From Patescibacteria group bacterium (GTDB lineage Bacteria; Patescibacteriota; Microgenomatia; UBA1406): a stretch of 64,000 bases of DNA. The notes under the pieces were generated by a model. The model was not told the origin of the DNA and searched no databases. It saw only the letters and a list, made by a program, of their open reading frames with translations. The translations under genes and the position numbers were made by a program. The stretch lies in contig JBAYJK010000001.1 in the NCBI GenBank assembly GCA_041665145.1, positions 421,629 through 485,628 of the forward strand, read 5' to 3'. Positions 52,007 through 60,222 of the stretch are shown piece by piece; position 1 is the stretch's first letter; each line of letters starts with the position of its first letter.

Positions 52007-54301
52007 ATGAAACAAAAATATATAGTTTGGTTTGAGGAGGTTAACAAACATGATATCCCGTTGGTAGGAGGCAAAGGTGCAAATTTGGGCGAGATGACCA
52101 GTGCTGGTTTGCCAATCCCTTATGGATTTATCCTGACCTCGCATGCCTACTTTTACTTTATCGAACATCAAGGAATTAAGTCGCACATTGATCGTGTACT
52201 GAAAACGCTTAACCACCAGGACCCCGCAAATCTGGCTCATGTTTCCAAGGAGATAAAAAAGATAATTATCGGAACCGCTATACCGTCAGAGCTGACCCAA
52301 CCTATAGCTTCATATTACGAGCAGATATATGAAAAAGAAGAGAAAACCAAGCATTTAGTCAAAAAGCTTTCGAAACGACTATATGCTGCCTATGATCCGG
52401 CGCTGGTGGCAGTGAGAAGTAGTGCTACAGCCGAGGATCTTCCCGGCGCTTCATTTGCTGGTCAACAGGAAACATATCTGAACGTGAAAGGCGAGGTTAA
52501 TCTTTTGCATAAGATTCGTGAATGTTGGGCATCGCTCTTTACGGAACGAGCCATATTCTATCGTGCAGAGAAAGGGTTTGATCACTTTAAAGTAGGACTT
52601 GCTGCTGTTGTGCAACGCATGGTCCAGTCAGATAAGTCTGGTATCATGTTTACGGTTGATCCGGTCAACAATGACAAGAAGACAATCATCATCGAATCAA
52701 TATTCGGGTTGGGTGAATATATTGTTCAGGGTAAAGTTACACCGGATCAGTATTTAATAAGCAAATATAGTTTGGATATCAAAGAAAAGAAAGTAGGTTT
52801 TCAGGATGTTAAATACATAAAAAAAGGCACCAAGAATATTGAGGTGAAGTTAACCAAATCCTTGGGGAGCCGACAAAAAATTTCCGACAAGGAAATCGTG
52901 GAGGTAGCACGTCTCGGTAAGAAAATCGAAAATCATTACTATTTTCCACAGGACATCGAGTGGGCTATTGAAGGGGACAAGGTGTTTATTACACAATCTC
53001 GTCCGATCACGACGCTTGATAACAAACAAATTTCCAATGACCAGCAGATCGCCGTCACTCAGGAAGTTTTTCTTACCGGCGACCCGGCATCCCCCGGAAT
53101 AACGACCGGGACTGTTGTTCTACTTAAGTCACCGAAAGAAATAAGCAGAGTGAAACAGGGTGATATATTGTTGGCTTCTCAAACAAATCCTGACTATGTG
53201 CCTGCTATGAAACGTGCCTGTGCCATAATTACGGAGCATGGAGGAAGAACATCTCATGCGGCAATTGTTTCCCGCGAGTTAGGAATTCCCTGTGTCGTAG
53301 GTGTTGCAGACGCGATGTCAAAGATCAAAGAAGGTGATGTGTTAACGGTTAATGGCGCAAATGGACAAATTTATAAGGGCAAAGTGGAAATACACATGAA
53401 AGCAGAAGTTCATAAAGCATATAAGACAAAAACCAAAATGTACATCAATCTCGCGGAACCTGAAAAAGCCGAAGAAATGGCGAAGCTTCCGGTGCAGGGT
53501 GTCGGTTTACTTCGAGCCGAGTTTATGATTGCAAATATCGGCGAACACCCGAAAAGTCTAATGCAGAAAGGCAAGGGTTATGTGTTTACGAACAGATTAA
53601 AGCGAGATCTTACAACAATTTGCCAGGCATTTTATCCGCGCAAAGTCGTCTATCGTGCGACTGATTTTAAGACGAACGAGTACAGGTTCCTTAAAGGAGG
53701 AAAGGATTTCGAGCCAGAAGAGGCGAATCCAATGTTGGGATACAGGGGCACGTATCGTTATATTTCGGACCCTGAGGAATTCGGACTTGAAATCGATGCA
53801 ATCAGGAAGGTTCGGGAGGAAGGACTGACTAATTTGCATCTCATGCTGCCGTTTGTGAGGAGTCCGATGCATTTGCGTCAAGCAAAGGAATTTGTGCAAA
53901 ATAGGGGATTGACGTTTAATGAACGTTTTAAGCTTTGGATGATGGTGGAGTTGCCGGTAAACGTTATTCTTATCGAGGATTTTCTTAAAGAGGGAATTCA
54001 AGGTGTCTCGATCGGAAGTAATGATCTTACCATGCTTCTTCTGGGTACGGACAGGGATAATGAAACTGTTGCCCCGCTTTTCGATGAGCGTAACGAAGCG
54101 GTGTATTGGGCATTAAAGAAAACGATTCATGCATGCAACAATTACGGAGTGACTTCATCAATTTGCGGCCAGTCCGTCTCCGATTATTCTGAGATACTCA
54201 ATGTGGTGGTTAAAAGCGGCATCACGAGCGTTTCAATAAATCCGGACGCCGTGTGGCATGTCAGCGAATCAATTAACCAGCTAGAAGAGCATGGATCTTA
54301 A
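52007..54301 (+). CDS. ppsA: Phosphoenolpyruvate synthase (pyruvate, water dikinase)
   Basis: 764 aa with an N-terminal ATP-grasp (GGKGANLGEM), a phospho-His domain (GGRTSHAAIVSRELGIPCVVG) and a C-terminal PEP-utilising TIM barrel. Confidence 0.9.
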   Translation: MKQKYIVWFEEVNKHDIPLVGGKGANLGEMTSAGLPIPYGFILTSHAYFYFIEHQGIKSHIDRVLKTLNHQDPANLAHVSKEIKKIIIGTAIPSELTQPIASYYEQIYEKEEKTKHLVKKLSKRLYAAYDPALVAVRSSATAEDLPGASFAGQQETYLNVKGEVNLLHKIRECWASLFTERAIFYRAEKGFDHFKVGLAAVVQRMVQSDKSGIMFTVDPVNNDKKTIIIESIFGLGEYIVQGKVTPDQYLISKYSLDIKEKKVGFQDVKYIKKGTKNIEVKLTKSLGSRQKISDKEIVEVARLGKKIENHYYFPQDIEWAIEGDKVFITQSRPITTLDNKQISNDQQIAVTQEVFLTGDPASPGITTGTVVLLKSPKEISRVKQGDILLASQTNPDYVPAMKRACAIITEHGGRTSHAAIVSRELGIPCVVGVADAMSKIKEGDVLTVNGANGQIYKGKVEIHMKAEVHKAYKTKTKMYINLAEPEKAEEMAKLPVQGVGLLRAEFMIANIGEHPKSLMQKGKGYVFTNRLKRDLTTICQAFYPRKVVYRATDFKTNEYRFLKGGKDFEPEEANPMLGYRGTYRYISDPEEFGLEIDAIRKVREEGLTNLHLMLPFVRSPMHLRQAKEFVQNRGLTFNERFKLWMMVELPVNVILIEDFLKEGIQGVSIGSNDLTMLLLGTDRDNETVAPLFDERNEAVYWALKKTIHACNNYGVTSSICGQSVSDYSEILNVVVKSGITSVSINPDAVWHVSESINQLEEHGS

Positions 54302-55553
54302 GATACAAAAAGTACAGGCTTATCAAATCTTAAACGGCAAAGGTTTTCCGACAGTTGAGGGTGTTTTGACTTTAAGTGATGGCAGGTCGGTGCATACGGC
54401 AGTTGACCTTGATGGGCATATCGGAAAGTATGCAGCTGAGTACCTGTATGACCAGGACCCTTTGTATTCCGGCAAAGGAGTCCAACGGTCCCTCAAGTAT
54501 CTTAATGAGCTGGTTTTTCCAAAACTATTGAACGTTGATCCGCTCAGGTATTCGGATGTTGATAACTGGCTGTTGAAAGCAGACCCGACAGAAAATAAAG
54601 AGGTTCTTGGGGCAAACACTACGCTTCTTGTTTCCCAACTTGTCTATAGGGCAGCTGCCATGGTGCTTGGAATCCCACTTTACAAACTCATTGCTCAAGC
54701 GTACTCCACATATGGACAAAAGATTGAGGTGAAACGCATTCCCCCACCGATTTTCACGCTGATCAGTGGCGGCAAGCACGGCGTTGAAACCTTGAACTTT
54801 CAAGAGTTTGCCATCATTCCATCGACAGGGCTCACGTATTCAAAAGCATTACAGATGGCGGTGGAGCTGTATCACGAACTCGAGAAGGTGTTTGCATATC
54901 GCAACATAACTGCGGGCATCGGTGATGACGGAGGGTACATACCAAATCTATCGTCGAACATTGATGCTTTCGAAATAATTAAGGAGGCTATCCTAAAAAG
55001 CGGGCTACGGACCGGAATGGACATTTTTTTTGCAGTGGATATGGCAGCAGAAAATTTTTACAAGATGGGGAAATACTACATTGCCGATTCTATAAATCCG
55101 TATTCAACTGACCAAATGGTCGAATATGTTACGAAATTGTTTAAAGAATACCGTCTGCTTGTTATTGAAGATGCTTTCAGCAACGAAGACGTAAGCGGTT
55201 GGAGCCAGTTGGTCAAAAAATTTAATGATAAAGCATATGTCTTCGGTGACGACTTGCTCAGTTCAAATAAAAAACGGCTTGAACGTGCTATTAAGGAAGG
55301 ACTATGTACTATGGCAAATGTTAAGCTTTCGCAACGCGGAACACTGAAAGAGGCATTGGAATTTGTTGCGCTTGCAAAAAAGAACGATATGAAAATTGCA
55401 GTGTCCAAAACCAGTATTGGCACGAACGATGATTTCATCGCTGATTTTGCCGTAGGTATTCAGGCGGATTTCATTAAGTTCGGTGCGCCAGCGCGCGGTG
55501 AGCGTGTTTCGAAATACAACAGATTATCCATTATAGAAAAAGAAATTGCATGA
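54291..55553 (+). CDS. eno: Enolase-family protein, divergent at several catalytic positions
   Basis: 420 aa, collinear with enolase. Metal ligands are kept (AVDMAAE, VIEDAF, VFGDDL), and Lys is kept in NVKLSQRG and IKFGA. However, SGASTG is absent, GGEHA is replaced by GGKHG, GDEGG by GDDGG, and SHRSGETED by SKTSIGTNDD. Confidence 0.75.
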   Translation: MDLKIQKVQAYQILNGKGFPTVEGVLTLSDGRSVHTAVDLDGHIGKYAAEYLYDQDPLYSGKGVQRSLKYLNELVFPKLLNVDPLRYSDVDNWLLKADPTENKEVLGANTTLLVSQLVYRAAAMVLGIPLYKLIAQAYSTYGQKIEVKRIPPPIFTLISGGKHGVETLNFQEFAIIPSTGLTYSKALQMAVELYHELEKVFAYRNITAGIGDDGGYIPNLSSNIDAFEIIKEAILKSGLRTGMDIFFAVDMAAENFYKMGKYYIADSINPYSTDQMVEYVTKLFKEYRLLVIEDAFSNEDVSGWSQLVKKFNDKAYVFGDDLLSSNKKRLERAIKEGLCTMANVKLSQRGTLKEALEFVALAKKNDMKIAVSKTSIGTNDDFIADFAVGIQADFIKFGAPARGERVSKYNRLSIIEKEIA

Positions 55554-56494
55554 TAGATTTTATCAGTATCGGAAGTCTAACTTTAGATCTGTTTTTTCAG
55601 GATGAGTCACTGACGATTCAAAAGGACAGGTTTTACCTTGCTATCGGAGGCAAGTATGTGGTTGAAAAATTTGTTGAAGGAGTAGGGGGTGGAGGTGGAA
55701 ACATTGCTGTCGGTGTGTCGCGGGCAGGAAAAAAAGCAGCCGTTTGGGGACAGCTCGGTCAAGGCGGAGTTTCGAAACTGATCAAGGAGAGATTGCTTGC
55801 AGAAAAAGTCGACTGCACTCTCTTGGAGGGCCATGATGCGTTTACGAACATTTCAACAGTTCTGCTTTCGCCTAAAGGTGAACGTACAATCGTGAACCAT
55901 CGGTCACATGCGGTTAATTTGACACTTTCAGCTGAACGCAAAGCGGCAATTGCGAGTGCAAGACTTCTTTATTTGGGCAATATGCCGGAATTAAGTCTTG
56001 AATTTCGTGCGGAAATATTACATCACGCCCACGGCAACAATGTGAAAACTGCTTTAAATCTGGGAGTAAAAGATTGTCGCCAGGGTAAAAAAGCGTTGTC
56101 AATTCTATTTGAGGATTCAGACTTTATAATTATTAATCGGCACGAGCTCGCAGATATTCTTTCTGTTCCTGCGAACGAGCTCTTACTGGCGGAAGTTAAC
56201 TATCATGAAGAGCTGGGAGTGACAGAAGACGCTGTTGTTGTGATCACGGATGGTGAATACGGAAGTTTTGCCTATACGAAGCAGGGGATCATGAAACAGG
56301 ATATAGTTCCTGTTACTCAGGTAATTGACACGACGGGAGCAGGGGACGCCTTTACCAGCGGTTTTTTGGTTTCTCAACTTTATAATAAATCTCTGCAGGA
56401 ATCATTACTCGCCGGCGCCAGAAATAGCGCCTCCATCATCCAAGTAATCAATGCGCAAAGCGCACTCTTAACCGAAAAGGAGCTATTTGACTGA
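55550..56494 (+). CDS. PfkB-family carbohydrate kinase
   Basis: 314 aa with the C-terminal signature DTTGAGDAFTSGF. Confidence 0.8.
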   Translation: MIDFISIGSLTLDLFFQDESLTIQKDRFYLAIGGKYVVEKFVEGVGGGGGNIAVGVSRAGKKAAVWGQLGQGGVSKLIKERLLAEKVDCTLLEGHDAFTNISTVLLSPKGERTIVNHRSHAVNLTLSAERKAAIASARLLYLGNMPELSLEFRAEILHHAHGNNVKTALNLGVKDCRQGKKALSILFEDSDFIIINRHELADILSVPANELLLAEVNYHEELGVTEDAVVVITDGEYGSFAYTKQGIMKQDIVPVTQVIDTTGAGDAFTSGFLVSQLYNKSLQESLLAGARNSASIIQVINAQSALLTEKELFD

Positions 56495-56556
56495 GTACTT
56501 ATTTAAGCGGAAATTAAGAGGATTTAGTACAATAGTAACGAGTTAAAATTGCTTAT

Positions 56557-57582
56557 TTGGGAAAAAACAAACAACCAGTGCAGGCTACCGTATTTAAGCA
56601 AAGCAGGGTTGTAATTGTGAAACAGATCATCTTTTTTGAAGTGTTAGTAATGATTTTCTACTTTACGAGCAGGCGTTTTGTGACTGTCGATGACATCCAT
56701 CGGTTAATTCCCGCAACAAGCATGTTTGGCGAAATGATTTTGGTGTATATTCCCCTGCTGTTTCTCCACATAGGATTACTCGGGCATATCGTTGCTTCGT
56801 GGTATGTACACGGTTATCACGTTGCTCACGAGGAGTTGATTGAAATATTCGGAGTGTTTGTAAGAAAAAAAGTAATTACTCAATTAAAGAACATAGTTTC
56901 TTTGTCGTCCAGTCAGGGGATTATTGGAAAACGGTTAAACTATGGAACAATCGCACTTCACCTGTCTGGCACTGAAAAAGCCATGACGCTTCCGGACATT
57001 CCAGCGCCCGATGAAGTTCTAAATTTATTGAAGCAAAAGACTAACGCAGAAATTGTTCCTCCCCCGCCTTTTTTTTCTCTTCCTCAAATTCCCCGAAATG
57101 AGCTCAGTAGAATAATTTCACAAGGTGAGCACGAAAAAGCTGAATTCAAATCGAGTTTCCGATGGGACATTAATCTTAAGGGTGTAAACCGATCACTGGA
57201 GAAAGCAGTTATGAAAACGGTTGCGGCCTTCATGAATACGGAAGGCGGTGTATTGGTTATCGGCATTACGGACAAGAAAACGGTGAACGGCATACTGGAC
57301 GATTATGTATCGTTGCCCAAAAAGAATCGGGACGGTTTTGAGAATCATTTTAACCAAGTTTTCAGCACCGCAGTTGGTGTGGTACATCGGCCTCACGTTA
57401 CGCTCAGTTTTCACAAACACCGCGGTAAAGAGCTTTGTATAGTAACCGTTAAACCAAACGAAAAGCCGGTTTACGTTAAAACGGATGGAGCGGAGGAGTT
57501 TTTTATTCGGACTGGCAACACGACAACTTCTTTGCAGATGAGCGAAGCCTCCAGCTATATAAAATCGCATTGGTCATCATAA
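56557..57582 (+). CDS. Membrane protein fusing a bPH (YdbS/YdbT-like) domain to an AlbA_2/Schlafen-like DNA-binding domain
   Basis: 341 aa with two N-terminal TM helices. A PH-like segment follows (VITQLKNIVSLSSSQGIIGKRLNYGTIALHLSG...LPDIPAPDEV), then EHEKAEFKSSFRWD...MKTVAAFMNTEGGVLVIGITD...VTVKPNEKPVYVK...FFIRTGNTT, which is AlbA_2-like. It has a TTG start, and the start is uncertain. Confidence 0.5.
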   Translation: MGKNKQPVQATVFKQSRVVIVKQIIFFEVLVMIFYFTSRRFVTVDDIHRLIPATSMFGEMILVYIPLLFLHIGLLGHIVASWYVHGYHVAHEELIEIFGVFVRKKVITQLKNIVSLSSSQGIIGKRLNYGTIALHLSGTEKAMTLPDIPAPDEVLNLLKQKTNAEIVPPPPFFSLPQIPRNELSRIISQGEHEKAEFKSSFRWDINLKGVNRSLEKAVMKTVAAFMNTEGGVLVIGITDKKTVNGILDDYVSLPKKNRDGFENHFNQVFSTAVGVVHRPHVTLSFHKHRGKELCIVTVKPNEKPVYVKTDGAEEFFIRTGNTTTSLQMSEASSYIKSHWSS

Positions 57583-58313
57583 TGGACACGCTACATGAAT
57601 TAAAGGAAGCATTGTCCGAAAAAGCAAACCCGAAAAAAGCAGAATTTCTACCCCGATTCTTTAAAACCGGTACGGGGCAGTACGGAGAGGGAGACAAATT
57701 TCTTGGTGTTGTTGTTCCTGATATTCGGAAAATTGCTCGGCAATTTAAGAATTTGCCAGAGACTGATTTGACGGCTCTTCTCAAATCCGAATACCACGAA
57801 GAGCGGTTAGCAGCGTTACTACTACTTGTTCACAATTATGTGCATGGTGCATCAGACGATAAAAAGAAAGTGTATGATTTTTATCTGTCACATACTAAGT
57901 TTATAAATAACTGGGATTTGGTCGATTTATCGTCACATGAAATTGTTGGGGATTATCTGTTGAACCAATATCGGGCGGGAAAACCCAGCCCCTACAGCGT
58001 TCTTGTTGAATTGGCGAATTCATCAAATCTTTGGGAGCGCCGAATTGCGATTGTCTCAACATCCGCATTTATCCACGAAGGGATTTCACAACCAACATTA
58101 GATGTCGCGGAAATTCTTCTCCATGATACGCACGACTTGATTCACAAGGCTGTCGGGTGGATGCTCCGGGAAGTGGGGAAGCGGTGTTCGCAGGAAGTCG
58201 AAGAGGATTTTCTGAAAAAGCATTATAAAACAATGCCGCGCACGATGCTTCGCTATGCGATAGAAAGATTTAGCCCAGAACTGAGGGCAAAATATCTAAA
58301 AAGTCGCATATAG
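57582..58313 (+). CDS. DNA alkylation repair protein (AlkD/AlkC-like HEAT-repeat glycosylase family)
   Basis: MDTLHELKEALSEKANPKKAEFLPRFFKTGTGQYGEGDKFLGVVVPDIRKIA... is typical of the family. The ORF track starts at TTG 57570, but ATG 57582 (overlapping the upstream stop as TAATG) is more likely. Confidence 0.8.
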   Translation: MDTLHELKEALSEKANPKKAEFLPRFFKTGTGQYGEGDKFLGVVVPDIRKIARQFKNLPETDLTALLKSEYHEERLAALLLLVHNYVHGASDDKKKVYDFYLSHTKFINNWDLVDLSSHEIVGDYLLNQYRAGKPSPYSVLVELANSSNLWERRIAIVSTSAFIHEGISQPTLDVAEILLHDTHDLIHKAVGWMLREVGKRCSQEVEEDFLKKHYKTMPRTMLRYAIERFSPELRAKYLKSRI

Positions 58314-58387
58314 ACCGTTGTTTTGGATTTGCTGCAAGTATATTCTTAAATCTTAATCCAAAAGTAATAATTATTTACGTAAGTATT

Positions 58388-58424
58388 GTCATTCCCGCCA
58401 GCACAGGCGGGAATCCAGGAATAA
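58388..58424 (+). repeat. Palindromic hairpin unit A (GTCATTCCCGCC-AGCACA-GGCGGGAATCCAGGAATAA)
   Basis: Read directly from the sequence. It is in the same family as 58500-58535 and, in inverted orientation, 58817-58851. An isolated half-site TCGGGAATGAC lies at 58450-58460. Confidence 0.8.
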
Positions 58425-58499
58425 GAACAGCACCTAGATTCACACCTACTCGGGAATGACGCCAAATGGTCTCGTATGCAGGGACTGATGGTCTGTTTT

Positions 58500-58535
58500 G
58501 TCATCCCCGATCAAGTCGGGGATCCAGGAATAAAA
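58500..58535 (+). repeat. Palindromic hairpin unit B (GTCATCCCCGA-TCAAG-TCGGGGATCCAGGAATAAAA)
   Basis: Read directly from the sequence. It ends at the ATG of the GIY-YIG gene. Confidence 0.8.
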
Positions 58536-58835
58536 ATGATGTCTAAAACATATTACGTCTACATTCTTGCAAGTAGTAGGAATGGGACACTCTACATTGG
58601 AGTAACCAATAATTTGATGAGAAGAATGTTTGAACATAAACATGATTTGCTTTCTAGTTTCACCAAGAAATACGCTATTCATCAGCTTGCGTATTACGAA
58701 ACTACGAACTCAGTAGATGCTGCAATACTGAGAGAAAAGCAAATAAAGAACTGGAATAGAGTATGGAAATTACGTCTTATTGAGAAACAAAATCCTTTTT
58801 GGAAAGATCTTGCTTGTTCCTGGATTCCCGACTAG
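58536..58835 (+). CDS. GIY-YIG nuclease superfamily protein (small stand-alone URI-domain type)
   Basis: MMSKTYYVYILASSRNGTLYIGVTNNLMRRMFEHK...AILREKQIKNWNR is the GIY-YIG signature. The last codons (SWIPD*) are encoded by repeat unit C. The ORF-track start at 58476 only adds a translation of repeat unit B. Confidence 0.85.
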   Translation: MMSKTYYVYILASSRNGTLYIGVTNNLMRRMFEHKHDLLSSFTKKYAIHQLAYYETTNSVDAAILREKQIKNWNRVWKLRLIEKQNPFWKDLACSWIPD

Positions 58836-58851
58836 GAAAGTCGGGAATGAC
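58817..58851 (-). repeat. Palindromic hairpin unit C, inverted relative to A and B (TTCCTGGATTCCCGA-CTAGGAAAG-TCGGGAATGAC)
   Basis: Read directly from the sequence. Its reverse complement is GTCATTCCCGA...TCGGGAATCCAGGAA. Confidence 0.8.
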
Positions 58852-58866
58852 AACGCCGAGAAATTA

Positions 58867-60222
58867 TTATATGGCAGAAGTTGCTTTCTTCAGTTCCTCG
58901 ATAATGGTTGACGTGTCGACACTTCGCCCCAGAACTCTCATGCACTGGCCCAAAAGAAACTGAAACGAATTCTGTTTTCCAGCTTTATAGTCGGTAACCG
59001 CTTTGGGGTTTTGTGTAATCACATCTTGTACAACTTTAGTTACTTGTGCCGGATCTGCAGTCTGTTTCTCAGTTGTTACTTTAAATTGTTCAAGAACTTT
59101 GGAAGGTGTAGTCATGTCGATGTTTTTTTTCTGATTAATGATAAATGATGCCAATTTTTGTACATCGGTAACGTTTTGAAAAAGCGAGTTGAAAAGATCT
59201 CCGAGCGCTTTGTCTTCAACGAGCTCACGAGCAAGATCCTCCCTTAGTTTTAGCGTTTCTACCAGATGCTTCTCACGTTTTTCGGGAGTTTCTGTTTTTG
59301 CAAGGTCAGCTTTAATTCCGGTGATAAATTGGTCATCAAATGTCATTGGGGGAATATCGGGTTCGGGAAAATACCGGTAATCCCGCGAATCTTCTTTTGA
59401 ACGCATTGATTCGGTTGATCCTTTTGATTCAACATAACGTCGAGTTTCCTGTTTTGGTGTTTCTCCCCGTTCTAACAATATGATATGTCGATCAGTTTCA
59501 TATTGAATGGACTTTTTTACAAAATTAAATGAGTTAATATTCTTCACCTCAACCTTGTATGGAGGTAAACTTTCTACCTTAGACTTTAGACTTTCTACTT
59601 TCGCAACCGATATATTCGGTTCACATCTCATGGACCCTTTTTCCATATCGCAGTCTGATGCTCCCAGATACTGAATTGTCAATTGGAGTTTTTTCAGGTA
59701 GGCCATTGCCTCATCGCCGTTTTCTATATCCGGTTCGGTCACGATTTCCATCAGGGGGACTCCGGATCGGTTGAAATCTACATAACTTACGTCGTTCCCC
59801 TCATTCATTTGCTGGCCATGGAGAAGTTTTCCGGTATCTTCCTCAATGTGAATTCTGTTTATCCGTATTTTTTTGGTTCCAATGTCCAAGTATCCATCAT
59901 AGCAAAGGGGCTTCAAATACTGACTGATCTGATAACCTTTCGGAAGATCGGGATAAAAGTAATGTTTGCGTTCAAAATACGTATGCAAATTTATTTTGCA
60001 GTGAAGCGCGATTCCAATAAGAATGGTCAACCTGATTGCTTCATAATTGGGAACCGGTAACGCTCCGGGTAATGCGAGACATACGGGGCACACGTGTGTG
60101 TTGGGAAGTATGGAGAAGTGATTGGCATCGCACCCACAAAACATCTTCTGTTTGGTCTTAAGTTCTACATGAGTCTCGAGTCCGACAACGGTTTTATAGT
60201 TCATAGAAATTTTCAGGTACAA
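58867..60222 (-). CDS. gatB: Asp/Glu-tRNA amidotransferase subunit B
   Basis: 451 aa. It begins VGLETHVELKTKQKMFCGC and has a C-terminal GatB/YqeY domain. It contains an in-frame heptamer array (KVESLKSKVESL). Confidence 0.95.
   Translation of the reverse strand: MYLKISMNYKTVVGLETHVELKTKQKMFCGCDANHFSILPNTHVCPVCLALPGALPVPNYEAIRLTILIGIALHCKINLHTYFERKHYFYPDLPKGYQISQYLKPLCYDGYLDIGTKKIRINRIHIEEDTGKLLHGQQMNEGNDVSYVDFNRSGVPLMEIVTEPDIENGDEAMAYLKKLQLTIQYLGASDCDMEKGSMRCEPNISVAKVESLKSKVESLPPYKVEVKNINSFNFVKKSIQYETDRHIILLERGETPKQETRRYVESKGSTESMRSKEDSRDYRYFPEPDIPPMTFDDQFITGIKADLAKTETPEKREKHLVETLKLREDLARELVEDKALGDLFNSLFQNVTDVQKLASFIINQKKNIDMTTPSKVLEQFKVTTEKQTADPAQVTKVVQDVITQNPKAVTDYKAGKQNSFQFLLGQCMRVLGRSVDTSTIIEELKKATSAI
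59567..59601. repeat. 7-bp tandem array (AAACTTT CTACCTT AGACTTT AGACTTT CTACTTT) inside gatB
   Basis: Read directly from the sequence. The reverse complement of 59576-59595 is 19/20 identical to 9999-10018. Confidence 0.85.

Larger units (their letters stand above)
58500..58851 (+). mobile_element. GIY-YIG gene cassette bounded by inverted hairpin repeats (putative small mobile or ex-mobile unit)
   Basis: Units B and C form terminal inverted repeats around a single GIY-YIG ORF inserted between alkD-like and gatB. An extra solo unit A and a half-site lie just upstream. Confidence 0.45.

Noticed and set aside
58476-58535. The ORF-track start of the GIY-YIG gene at 58476
   Set aside because: The extra 20 codons (MQGLMVCFVIPDQVGDPGIK) are simply a translation of the palindromic repeat unit. 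The conserved GIY-YIG N-terminus begins at MMSKTYYVYIL (ATG 58536).
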